Shown: piece after piece, positions 35,782 to 43,922 of the stretch
Layout: every line of letters starts with the position of its first letter
Position numbering within the stretch: position 1 is the stretch's first letter
From: an uncultured bacterium
GTDB taxonomy: Bacteria > Patescibacteriota > Minisyncoccia > UBA6257 > GWB1-50-10
Reading direction: 5' to 3'
Assembly (NCBI GenBank): GCA_963713955.1
Contig: OY970216.1
Coordinates: 296,850-360,849 of the forward strand
DNA: 64,000 bases
Notes under the pieces: generated by a model
Database searches by the model: none
Told to the model about the DNA's origin: nothing
What the model saw: only the letters and a program-made list of their open reading frames with translations
Program-made: the position numbers and the translations under genes

Positions 35782-36612
35782 TTAGATGTGGTATGTATCG
35801 CCGCACTTTTCGATGAATCCTTCGCGGGAGAGCTGGAGGAGAATCCCTTTGAGCTCAATCTTTGATTTTCCGGTTTTGTGGGAAAGTTTTCCAAGGGTAA
35901 GAGGGGAATGGAGGAGAAGCCTTAAAATCTGTCCGCGAATCTGGCGTCTTGATCCTTCGAAACGGGATTGCTTAAAGTAGTGTTTGCTTTTCCGGTTGGG
36001 ATTTGGAGAGATCTTCGAGGGATTGCGGCCGAGGGTGGCGCCATAATCCGTGAGTGCCCAATACCACTCGCGCGGATTCTTCCGGTCGAGAGTTTGCTCG
36101 AGGAGGGGAAGAATTTCGCGATCATGGATCATTTTCCTCTTTTTGAAGAACCAGTGGATGAACGTCCGTCGGATATTCGTCTCGATAAAGAGGGAAGGGA
36201 GGTTGTACGCGTAGGCGATAATCGCGCCGGCGGTCGCTTCGCCGATGCCGGGGAGTTTCGCGAGTTCATCCGCGCTCCTCGGCAATCGTCCGTGGTGCTT
36301 TCGAACGATTTCGCGAGCCATCTTTTGGAGATAAAGCGGCCTGCGGTTGTATCCCAAGCCCTGCCAGATCGAAAGGATCTTCTTTAGAGGGGCGCCGGCG
36401 AGTGTCCGCCAATCGGGGAATGCTTTGAGGAATTTCGGGTAATAGAGCGCGACACGCGGAACCTGCGTCTGCTGGAGCATGATTTCGGAAACCACGATGC
36501 GGTAGGGAGTTACGTTCTCCCGCCAGGGGAGATTGCGCCCTTCCTTTCGATAGTATTCCTGGATTTCTTTCCTGAATTCTTGGACTTGTTTCTTTGAAAG
36601 TTTTGCCGGCAT
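35782..36612 (-). CDS. mutY: A/G-specific adenine glycosylase, short form lacking Fe-S cysteines
   Basis: R.LPWR...PY.I.VSEIMLQQTQV, WQGLGYNRR, LPGIG..TA.AI, ETNIRR; start ATG 36612. Confidence 0.88.
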   Translation of the reverse strand: MPAKLSKKQVQEFRKEIQEYYRKEGRNLPWRENVTPYRIVVSEIMLQQTQVPRVALYYPKFLKAFPDWRTLAGAPLKKILSIWQGLGYNRRPLYLQKMAREIVRKHHGRLPRSADELAKLPGIGEATAGAIIAYAYNLPSLFIETNIRRTFIHWFFKKRKMIHDREILPLLEQTLDRKNPREWYWALTDYGATLGRNPSKISPNPNRKSKHYFKQSRFEGSRRQIRGQILRLLLHSPLTLGKLSHKTGKSKIELKGILLQLSREGFIEKCGDTYHI

Positions 36613-36718
36613 GAGAGTCTCTTTGCATTTTACCCCCTTGGATTCAATTTGTAACGAAATTTGAGGCTTCGCGTATTCTTTCATACATACAAGAAAGGTC
36701 GGTATAGTTTTTCCTATC

Positions 36719-37426
36719 ATGAAAAAATTGACGATCGGAGTCGGAGTTGTCGCGGGAGTTGCTGTTTTGGCGACGATGCTTGTCGCGAGTGCCCAGACGG
36801 CGGCGACGACAACGGCCGGGACGCCAAGTCAGTCCGAACAGATGGTACTGCAGATCGGACCGGCGGGGAAAACGCTTCTCCGTGGGACAATCGGCTCCGT
36901 CTCAAGCGGGGTCCTCACAGTGAGAAGCTGGGGTGGAGATTGGACGGTGAATGTTGGTTCCTCGGCCCAAGTTCTCCCGGCGGCGGCCAGCAACAACTTG
37001 AGCCAATTCAAGACGGGTGATTTCGTTGGTGTCCAGGGAACGGTATCACAAAGCGCCGCTTGGACTGTTGACGCGACGCTGGTTCGGGATTGGACGTATC
37101 GGCAAGCAGTGACCCAACAGGAGAAGCAGAACGTACAATCCGCGCGCCAGACGATTCAGAGCGGGACGCCCAAGAACTACGTCGGCGTTGCGGCGAATGT
37201 GAATGGCAGTTCCTTCACCCTGACGGTCGGGGGAACGGCGTACACGGTGAACGTTGCGTCCGGTGCGGAAGTGGTAAATAAGAATTGGGTAACGATACCT
37301 CTCACGAACATTCAGAATAACGATAACGTGCGCGTCTGGGGCGTGAATGCGAGTAGCACCATCACGGCGCAAATCGTGCGGGACGTTTCGATTCCGGCGA
37401 CTTCTCCGCCGAATCCGTCTCACTAG
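36719..37426 (+). CDS. Secreted protein with two OB-like (DUF5666-like) repeats
   Basis: Signal peptide (ASA); two repeats G.I..V....LTV......TVNV.S.A.V...GD.V.V.G. Confidence 0.7.
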   Translation: MKKLTIGVGVVAGVAVLATMLVASAQTAATTTAGTPSQSEQMVLQIGPAGKTLLRGTIGSVSSGVLTVRSWGGDWTVNVGSSAQVLPAAASNNLSQFKTGDFVGVQGTVSQSAAWTVDATLVRDWTYRQAVTQQEKQNVQSARQTIQSGTPKNYVGVAANVNGSSFTLTVGGTAYTVNVASGAEVVNKNWVTIPLTNIQNNDNVRVWGVNASSTITAQIVRDVSIPATSPPNPSH

Positions 37427-37448
37427 TCGATTCAGTTTAAGAGTTTTT

Positions 37449-37484
37449 AGAAGAAGCCTGTTCAAAAACAGGCTTCTTCTTTTT
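37449..37484. terminator. Terminator between convergent genes
   Basis: AGAAGAAGCCTGTT-CAAA-AACAGGCTTCTTCT-TTTT. Confidence 0.8.
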
Positions 37485-37493
37485 GGTGAGCGC

Positions 37494-40400
37494 TCAGCGG
37501 TGGGACTCCCTTCTTAAAGCGCAATACTCGCAATTTTTGTCTTCACAGGTTTTATTCCAGAAAGACAAATCCAGTATTTCCTTGGCAACGTTTCTTATGG
37601 TGATCTTGAGCTTCTCAGTATCTAAATCCGAGATATTGAATTGGTATTTTTTATAAGAATCGCTCGCGTTCGGCTCTACGAAATCTATCGTGCCGGAGAT
37701 CATCTTGAATTTGCCGTTGTCGTGGCCGTCGAGGAGAATTTTGTAGAACACGAGTTGTCGCAGGTAATTACCGTCGCTTGATTTGGTGAGTCCCCGTATT
37801 TCATTTTCCGATTTCACGGTACCGGTTTTATAGTCCACGACGTTTACGCGGCCCGCCTGATCCAGCACTTCGATTTTGTCGAGCTTGCCGATAAGTTTTA
37901 TGTCATCGAGCTTTACGTCGTTTACGGATTTTTCGAGGATGATGTTGGTATCCCACGTGCCGCGGTATTTGTCGTAGTAACCGGAGAGCGCTTTTTTGCC
38001 CCTTTTCGAGAGATCGCGGTAGTCCTTTTCGTTGATCGGCTGATGGAACAGACTTCTCTCGAAAATCGCGGAGAGATATTCCTTCCCCTTGTCTTTTCCT
38101 TCTTTTAGCTTTCCGAAGTAGTTTTTCAGTGCCTCGTGCACGGCGTTTCCGTACATCAAACTTCTCTCGGGAGCTTCGGGGATTCGTACGAGGTTTCGGT
38201 AGAAGTACCGCCAGGGACATTGGAGAAAATTGTTGAGCGCGGTGGCCGAAAGCCCTTGTTCCCGAAAGAGTTTGTTTAAATATTCCTTTTCCTCCAAGAG
38301 GGGAGCTTGGTTTTTGCTGGATTCGAATTCAATTTCCAAGTGCGATCTGAATTCTTTTTCGTATCGTTCGGTGTCCACCTTTTCCGTAAGCTCCGGGCGT
38401 ATTTTGCTCACGAACTCCGAGGGCAGTGCCGCCTCGCCACTCTCCTTGCGGGTGGCGTATGTTATGAAAACTTCTTTCCTCGCCCGCGTGAGGGCCACGT
38501 AAAAGATGTTCAGCTCGTCGCTCTCACTTTCCCCCTCGAGTTCACCCGCCCTCTTTTTATCCAGATTGAAGACCGCGGGAGGCAGTTTTATGAGTTCCGC
38601 GTGTTTTTTGGATCCCCATCTTCCTTCAACGGCATTGACGATAAACACGTCGTCGAATTCCAATCCTTTGGATTTGTGGGCAGTCATGATTCTCACTCTC
38701 CCGGGGACGGCGGTTTCGGTCGACGCTTTTATCCTTATCCCGTGTTCTTCAAGGAGATTCAGGTATTCAATGAAATCGGTCAGCCGGTAATCTTTGTGCG
38801 CTTCGACGAGGGACCTCAGGTGGTTGAAAAGCGCGTGTAATTTCATGAGTTTCAGCGCCCCGTCGTTGTCCTTGAGGATTTTTTCGAGGAGGCCGGAGTC
38901 TTTGACTATTTTTTCAAGAACCGCGATGGCATTCTCGTTCTCGGCCTTCTTCTTCCAGTCGGAGAACTTTTGATATGTCCCGAGTATCTTGGGAGCGTCT
39001 TCCACGCCGGCTTTTTTCAGTTTTGCTTTCGACCTCACGATGTCGGGGAGAGTTATTCTCCGCGCTCTGCTTTTTCTTGCTCCCTTGAGGAAGATCGAGA
39101 TTTTATAGAGGTCGAGGGGTGGAATGTCGAAAAGATCGGTTTGGAGCGCGGCAAAAAGCTCTTCGTCGGATCCGAATTTGTCCACCGCCGCGAGTATGGT
39201 TTTCAGTTTCTTCAAATCCCAGTCGCCCAGAATGTCTTCATCGGACTCCACGCTCGCCGGTATGCCGAATTTGCCGAGCGTCTCTGCGACCGGTTTTGCA
39301 TCCCTGTTCTCCCTCACGATGACGGCTATCTCTTCCGGTTTCACGCCCCCGGCTGTCAGCGCGGATATTTTCGCGGCGATGAAGTAGTTCTCCGATCCTC
39401 TGTCGGTAAAGGGGCAGATTTTAATGGCAGATTCGCGGTGGCCGGCGTTGGCGGAGAGCCGCTCGTCGCGCTCCGCGACGTCGTAGGCTGCGTCCAGTAT
39501 CCTTTGGGTCGAGCGGTAATTTTCCTTCAACGTTATGAGTTCAACGCCGCGGTACTTCTTTTTGAGGTAGAGAAAATTCTCGAGTGATGCTCCTTGGAAC
39601 CGGAAGATGGCCTGTTTGGCGTCGCCGACGACGAAGAGATTTGGATTGTCGTAAAAACTCGCTAGAAGCTCCAGGATTTTGTTTTGGGCTTTGTTGGTGT
39701 CTTGGTGCTCGTCGACGAGGAAGTAAAGATACTGTTCCTGGAGGGTGGAAAGGAGCGTGTCGTTTTCGCTCAAGGTTGCGGCCACCTTCATAATCATGTC
39801 GTTGTAGTCGTAGTACTTGTTTTCTCTCAAGGCTTCTTCGTATTTTTCGTAGATCAAGGACAACTCCCGGTTTCTCTTCAAGTGTTTTTCCTCATCGGCA
39901 TACTTGGCTTTCAATCTTTCCGCGGAGTTTGCCGTGTCGCCGTTCGAAGCAAGCGATTTTTCTTCTCGGGCGATCAAGTTTTCGAACTCGTCCGGTTTGA
40001 CGTTCTCTCTCTTCAGATCGTCAATGGCTTTCTTGATCTTCTCCAGGTAGTAGTATTTATTGTTCTTGGTTTTCAGGCTTTCCAATTCCGTGTCGTCCAG
40101 AATGCGCCGGAGGATTTTTATCTGGTCGGCTTCCGTGATATTAACCGAGCCGATGATTTCGGGGAATTCTTCCGGATACTCTTGGATGATGGAATTTGCG
40201 AAGCCGTGGAATGTGGTGATGTAAACTCGGTAGGCTGCCGGGCCGATGAGCTCGAGGAGCCGTTCCCTCATGGAATGAACGCCCGAGTCGGTGAAGGTCA
40301 AGGCGAGAATGCCTTCCGGCGGCGTTCCTGTTTTCAAAATGATGTTGGCGATCCGGAGGGTCAGGATCTCCGTTTTTCCGGTGCCGGGGCCGGCGATGAC

Positions 40401-40496
40401 CATGACCGGACCTTCGATCGTGTCGACGGCTCTTTTTTGCTCGGGGTTTAACCTTTTATAGGCCGTTTCGAAGGCTTTTGTTTTAACTTCGGTCAT
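37494..40496 (-). CDS. UvrD-like helicase with C-terminal PD-(D/E)XK nuclease (AddA/AdnB-like)
   Basis: IAGPGTGKT, VDEHQDTN, VGDAKQAIFRFQGA, ENYRS, TAHKSKGLEF; SATALN.F.QCP, GKLDKI...VVDYKTG, C-terminal C...NCEYC. Confidence 0.9.
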   Translation of the reverse strand: MTEVKTKAFETAYKRLNPEQKRAVDTIEGPVMVIAGPGTGKTEILTLRIANIILKTGTPPEGILALTFTDSGVHSMRERLLELIGPAAYRVYITTFHGFANSIIQEYPEEFPEIIGSVNITEADQIKILRRILDDTELESLKTKNNKYYYLEKIKKAIDDLKRENVKPDEFENLIAREEKSLASNGDTANSAERLKAKYADEEKHLKRNRELSLIYEKYEEALRENKYYDYNDMIMKVAATLSENDTLLSTLQEQYLYFLVDEHQDTNKAQNKILELLASFYDNPNLFVVGDAKQAIFRFQGASLENFLYLKKKYRGVELITLKENYRSTQRILDAAYDVAERDERLSANAGHRESAIKICPFTDRGSENYFIAAKISALTAGGVKPEEIAVIVRENRDAKPVAETLGKFGIPASVESDEDILGDWDLKKLKTILAAVDKFGSDEELFAALQTDLFDIPPLDLYKISIFLKGARKSRARRITLPDIVRSKAKLKKAGVEDAPKILGTYQKFSDWKKKAENENAIAVLEKIVKDSGLLEKILKDNDGALKLMKLHALFNHLRSLVEAHKDYRLTDFIEYLNLLEEHGIRIKASTETAVPGRVRIMTAHKSKGLEFDDVFIVNAVEGRWGSKKHAELIKLPPAVFNLDKKRAGELEGESESDELNIFYVALTRARKEVFITYATRKESGEAALPSEFVSKIRPELTEKVDTERYEKEFRSHLEIEFESSKNQAPLLEEKEYLNKLFREQGLSATALNNFLQCPWRYFYRNLVRIPEAPERSLMYGNAVHEALKNYFGKLKEGKDKGKEYLSAIFERSLFHQPINEKDYRDLSKRGKKALSGYYDKYRGTWDTNIILEKSVNDVKLDDIKLIGKLDKIEVLDQAGRVNVVDYKTGTVKSENEIRGLTKSSDGNYLRQLVFYKILLDGHDNGKFKMISGTIDFVEPNASDSYKKYQFNISDLDTEKLKITIRNVAKEILDLSFWNKTCEDKNCEYCALRRESHR

Positions 40497-40521
40497 TGAG
40501 TTTATTATATCCCCGGCGGAC

Positions 40522-40572
40522 TTATCCCCAAAATCTATGGCTTCCCGCTCTCGTTATTGAGAGCGGGAAGCC
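40522..40572. repeat. Direct-repeat copy of the 35729-35778 hairpin
   Basis: TTATCCCCA..AT.TATGGCTTCCCGCTCTC-GTTATT-GAGAGCGGGAAGCC. Confidence 0.8.
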
Positions 40573-40632
40573 ATATTTAGAGCGGGAGGCCAAATATTTG
40601 GTGGATAACTTCGTTCGTGTTACTATGGGAAT

Positions 40633-41067
40633 ATGTCTTGGGAGCTTTTTGAGAAGGTGAAAAACATAGGCCTGCCGGCCGGATCCTACGCCATCTTCGG
40701 GAGCGGCCCCATGGGGGTGAGGGGAATCCGGGATTGCGGGAACATGGACGTCGTCGTGACGGACGAGCTCTTTGACGAATACCGTGGTATGTCCGGCTGG
40801 GACTTAAAAGACTCAAGAGACGATGAATATTTGTTGAATAACGGCATTTTCCTCTGGAAAGGCTGGGGGCCGGGTGAGTGGAACGTCAAGCAATTGATAG
40901 AAGATGCCGAAATGATAGAGGGGTTGCCCTTCGTGCGGCTCTCAGATGTCCTCAAATGGAAGAAATTAAGCGGAAGGGAAAAGGACTTGAAAGACATAAA
41001 ATTGATTGAGAGTTATTTGGACAAGAATGACGGGAAGATCGCGCCCGTGGCAAAATCCCCGAAATAG
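40633..41067 (+). CDS. Hypothetical protein (nucleotidyltransferase-fold-like)
   Basis: YAIFGSGPM..RGIRD..NMDVVV and K...GREKD..DI motifs. Confidence 0.7.
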   Translation: MSWELFEKVKNIGLPAGSYAIFGSGPMGVRGIRDCGNMDVVVTDELFDEYRGMSGWDLKDSRDDEYLLNNGIFLWKGWGPGEWNVKQLIEDAEMIEGLPFVRLSDVLKWKKLSGREKDLKDIKLIESYLDKNDGKIAPVAKSPK

Positions 41068-41090
41068 GATAGAATAGGAAAAGTTTTCTT

Positions 41091-41210
41091 GGGCCTATGG
41101 TACAGTGTCCCGATAATCTCAAAATCTTTGATTTTGTGAGATTATCGAGGATCCGCGATTTTGTAGATTTGCTTCGCAAATACAAAATCGGGAGCAAAAC
41201 GCGGCATTCG
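41091..41210 (+). pseudogene. 5' half of a tRNA-Ala interrupted by a double hairpin
   Basis: GGGCCTATGGTACAGTG (41091-41107) + 86-bp TCCCGA..TCGGGA insert (41108-41193) + GCAAAACGCGGCATTCG (41194-41210); aligns with the 5' half of the tRNA at 41486. Confidence 0.75.
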
Positions 41211-41232
41211 TCCCGATTTCTAAAATTTTGGA

Positions 41233-41478
41233 ATGTTTTTCACCTACATTCTAAAATCGTCACTTAACAACTCCTATTACGTTGGGAGTTGTAAAGACAT
41301 AAAAGAGAGATTAAGATTGCATAATGGCGGACGCGTAAGATCAACGAAGAGATGGATACCTTGGCGATTGATGCATCTTGAGTTATTTGAGACCTTGCGA
41401 GAAGCTAGGCGAAGAGAATTGCAAATTAAATCTTGGAAAAAACGGAAAGCTATTGAGAATTTGATAGAACAACAATAG
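41233..41478 (+). CDS. Small GIY-YIG nuclease family protein
   Basis: FTYILKS....YYVGS..D...RL..HNGG...STK...PW, A..RE.QIKSWK. Confidence 0.9.
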   Translation: MFFTYILKSSLNNSYYVGSCKDIKERLRLHNGGRVRSTKRWIPWRLMHLELFETLREARRRELQIKSWKKRKAIENLIEQQ

Positions 41479-41485
41479 CTTTGAC

Positions 41486-41556
41486 GGGCCTATGGTCTAG
41501 TGGCAGAACGGCGCATTCGCATTGCGCAGACGGCGGTTCGATTCCGCCTAGGTCCA
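41486..41556 (+). tRNA. tRNA-Ala(CGC)
   Basis: GGGCCTA/TAGGTCC with G3:U70, GCGCA-TT-CGC-AT-TGCGC, GGCGG-TTCGATT-CCGCC. Confidence 0.93.
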
Positions 41557-41743
41557 CAGGAGTTGAGTACATACTCAACCCATGATGAAATAACCGCATA
41601 AATGCTAGGGTTGTTTAAGGAAGGTCCCGTTATAAGGCGATACTTTTCGTTTAGGCCAGACTTCCCCAGGTTCTAGATATTTCCTATGGGAAACCAAAAT
41701 AAAAGACCCTGGTAAAAATCAGGGCCTTCCGCTTTCTTGGATT

Positions 41744-42337
41744 TCATCGTTGAATTGGTGCATATTTCTCGGCTATAAAATCAGCGATTTGTTTTAAGAT
41801 TCTTCGCCCTATGGGCATCGGAGCAGTGTAAACAGCTTCAACAAATGAACGGCCGCACCGCGCACAATGATTTGAATCCCAAAGCACATCCCGACACCAG
41901 TTGCACCAACGGAAAACTGGTTTGCCACACTGCAAGCAGTAATGGTCTCCTTTAAGCAAAGGAGTTCCACAGCCACGGCAAGTTTTTCTAATGTCAACTT
42001 TTACAGCCTCTTTTTTGACGTGTTTTGAAACACCGAGGCGTTTGTCGGCAATCCGTTTCGCAAATTTGCGTCCTATGTAGATCAGCAATCCCTCGAGTAG
42101 GCCTGCGCCAAGATACAAATATGCTGTGTAGGATGGAATCTTCCATAAATGGAACGCGCTATCAAGGAATCCGATTAGGCCAACAAAAAGAATAATAGAA
42201 ATCCCAGCGACAAGGAACCTATTAAGAGCGCGTTGTTCTATGTAGTTTCTAAGATCCCATCCCCAACGGTCCCCACACTCCTCGCAGAAATCAAAGCCGA
42301 TAATTTCACAGCCACAGTGTATGCAGTGCGACATCAT
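41744..42337 (-). CDS. Membrane protein with N-terminal and double C-terminal zinc ribbons
   Basis: Six CxxC pairs, 2 TM; AGGAGG SD before ATG 42337. Confidence 0.75.
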   Translation of the reverse strand: MMSHCIHCGCEIIGFDFCEECGDRWGWDLRNYIEQRALNRFLVAGISIILFVGLIGFLDSAFHLWKIPSYTAYLYLGAGLLEGLLIYIGRKFAKRIADKRLGVSKHVKKEAVKVDIRKTCRGCGTPLLKGDHYCLQCGKPVFRWCNWCRDVLWDSNHCARCGRSFVEAVYTAPMPIGRRILKQIADFIAEKYAPIQR

Positions 42338-42346
42338 AATCACCTC

Positions 42347-42577
42347 CTATCTTTTAAGTTGTAAAAGACCATTTCGTATTTTGCACTCCTTCCCGATGAA
42401 GTGACGCAGATCGATCTTAGAAGAAACTCCTGACTGCAAAGTTATAAATTCTTTTTTCCCCGAGAACAATCCCGCCTCGATTTCGAGAACTATGTTGCCT
42501 TCACAACTGTAAACGTCTTTTACGGTACCTTCGATATTTGCAGGCTTCCATTCAACGAAAACAAGACAATCGCTCAT
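42347..42577 (-). CDS. Hypothetical protein
   Basis: Overlaps the stop of the upstream gene; GGAGG SD. Confidence 0.6.
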   Translation of the reverse strand: MSDCLVFVEWKPANIEGTVKDVYSCEGNIVLEIEAGLFSGKKEFITLQSGVSSKIDLRHFIGKECKIRNGLLQLKR

Positions 42578-42825
42578 TTTACAACCTCCCTCTTTCCGCC
42601 ACTCGTTAATCTGTGAATTAGGGCCAGAAGTAGTTGGCGCAACAAGCTTGGTGGTTTGTCTTTAGTTGCACTGTCCAGCGAACGACCGCAGGAAGGACAA
42701 TAACTCTCCAAGATTTCGGTACTACAGAAATTACACCTTGGGAAGGGTCGTGTGTTTTTCCCGCATTTTTTACAAAACTTCTGGTCGTCGGTTGCCAAGC
42801 TTCCGCAAGAAATACAGCGTCTCAT
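42574..42825 (-). CDS. Double zinc-ribbon protein
   Basis: CISC..FCKKCG..CNFC..YCPSCG; AGGAGG SD. Confidence 0.75.
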   Translation of the reverse strand: MRRCISCGSLATDDQKFCKKCGKNTRPFPRCNFCSTEILESYCPSCGRSLDSATKDKPPSLLRQLLLALIHRLTSGGKREVVK

Positions 42826-42936
42826 AGATTCCTCCTTTTCTTTTGGTTTGTGAACTTAACTAACCGAATCATGTCTATTTGTTATATATCTGTCAATCTG
42901 TTGACGAAAACCGACAAAAAGACTATTATGGGCTGA

Positions 42937-43746
42937 ATGATCCAAATCTACAGAACTCTTAAAGAGGTGGGGATACCGGAAATGGCCAGCCGTATATATG
43001 AGCAGCTTCTCGAATCCGGCTCTGTTTCGGCTAGACAGCTGGCCGAAAAACTGAACGTTCCTCGCCCCTCCGTTTATGACAATCTTAAACTCCTCATAAA
43101 GAACGGATTAGTGGTGGAACGAGAAGAGGAGAACAAAAAAATATTCGGCGTTGATGACATTAGAAACCTGTCACATCTCTTCCAGTCAAAAATCGAGCTC
43201 CTCAAAGAACGAGAGAGCGAGTTGAAGGAATTTTTGTCTACCCTTACTAAACAGGCGAGGTCTTTCGAGCCGAAAATCAAGTTCTACTCCGGTTCGGAGG
43301 GCATCAAGCAGGTTTTGAACAACCTTCTTTGGTACGACAATATCGAAACGTTGACGATGTGGCCGATCAGTGAGATAGTCGATGTTTTAGGCAAAGAATA
43401 CTTGGCGGATCTGAATCGCCGCCGCATCCGCCAGAAGATCTCCATCAGGGGCATTTGGCCGCAAGATAAAACCATTAATTTCAAGGATTATCCGTTCCTT
43501 GGTGTTGGTAGGGGTCACCTGCGGGAATTGTGTTTGGCGCCCAAGGGCATGACATGGCAGATGAGTTACTGGCAGTATGCCGACAAGGTCGCTTTCATAT
43601 CTTCCAAAAAGGAGCTGTTCGGTTTCGTGATCCATAGCCGGGATTTTGTCACCCTGACAAAATCCCAGTTTGAAGTTATCTGGAAAATTTCAAAGCCGAT
43701 CCAGCCGCAGCCTCAATACACGGATTCATTCTTGGAGACGGTGTAG
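42937..43746 (+). CDS. TrmB-family transcriptional regulator
   Basis: wHTH (IYEQLL..G..SA..LA..LNVPRPSVYDNLK.LI..GLV), PKIKFY.G.EG, C-terminal sensor domain; back-to-back -35 boxes TGTCAA-TCTG-TTGACG upstream. Confidence 0.85.
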   Translation: MIQIYRTLKEVGIPEMASRIYEQLLESGSVSARQLAEKLNVPRPSVYDNLKLLIKNGLVVEREEENKKIFGVDDIRNLSHLFQSKIELLKERESELKEFLSTLTKQARSFEPKIKFYSGSEGIKQVLNNLLWYDNIETLTMWPISEIVDVLGKEYLADLNRRRIRQKISIRGIWPQDKTINFKDYPFLGVGRGHLRELCLAPKGMTWQMSYWQYADKVAFISSKKELFGFVIHSRDFVTLTKSQFEVIWKISKPIQPQPQYTDSFLETV

Positions 43747-43922
43747 GATTCACATACTGAAAAATCCAATAATGACTGAACAAGCAATTTCTCCCACCTA
43801 TCATTGTGGATAGAATCTCTGTACCATGGATCACATGCTGGTAGGAGAAGAACTTTCTTTTTTGATTTTCTCCCGCACAGAGGTTCTAACAAATTCTATT
43901 AGCCTCCACAGGAGTTGAATAA

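Noticed and set aside
41091-41556. Single intron-containing tRNA-Ala spanning the GIY-YIG gene
   Set aside because: The downstream tRNA is already complete; joining the upstream half to its 3' half gives CGGCA/TGCGC with two mismatches; no group I core is recognisable.
8925-43815. DnaA-box-like 9-mers (TTTTCCACA ~8926, TTATCCCCA 35729/40522, GTGGATAAC ~40602, TGTGGATAG ~43805) as oriC
   Set aside because: Isolated and mostly mismatched, not clustered; no dnaA/dnaN nearby.
43789-43849. Imperfect hairpin TTCTCCCACC...GGTAGGAGAA after the TrmB gene
   Set aside because: Too degenerate to assign to a repeat family; could be an ordinary terminator.
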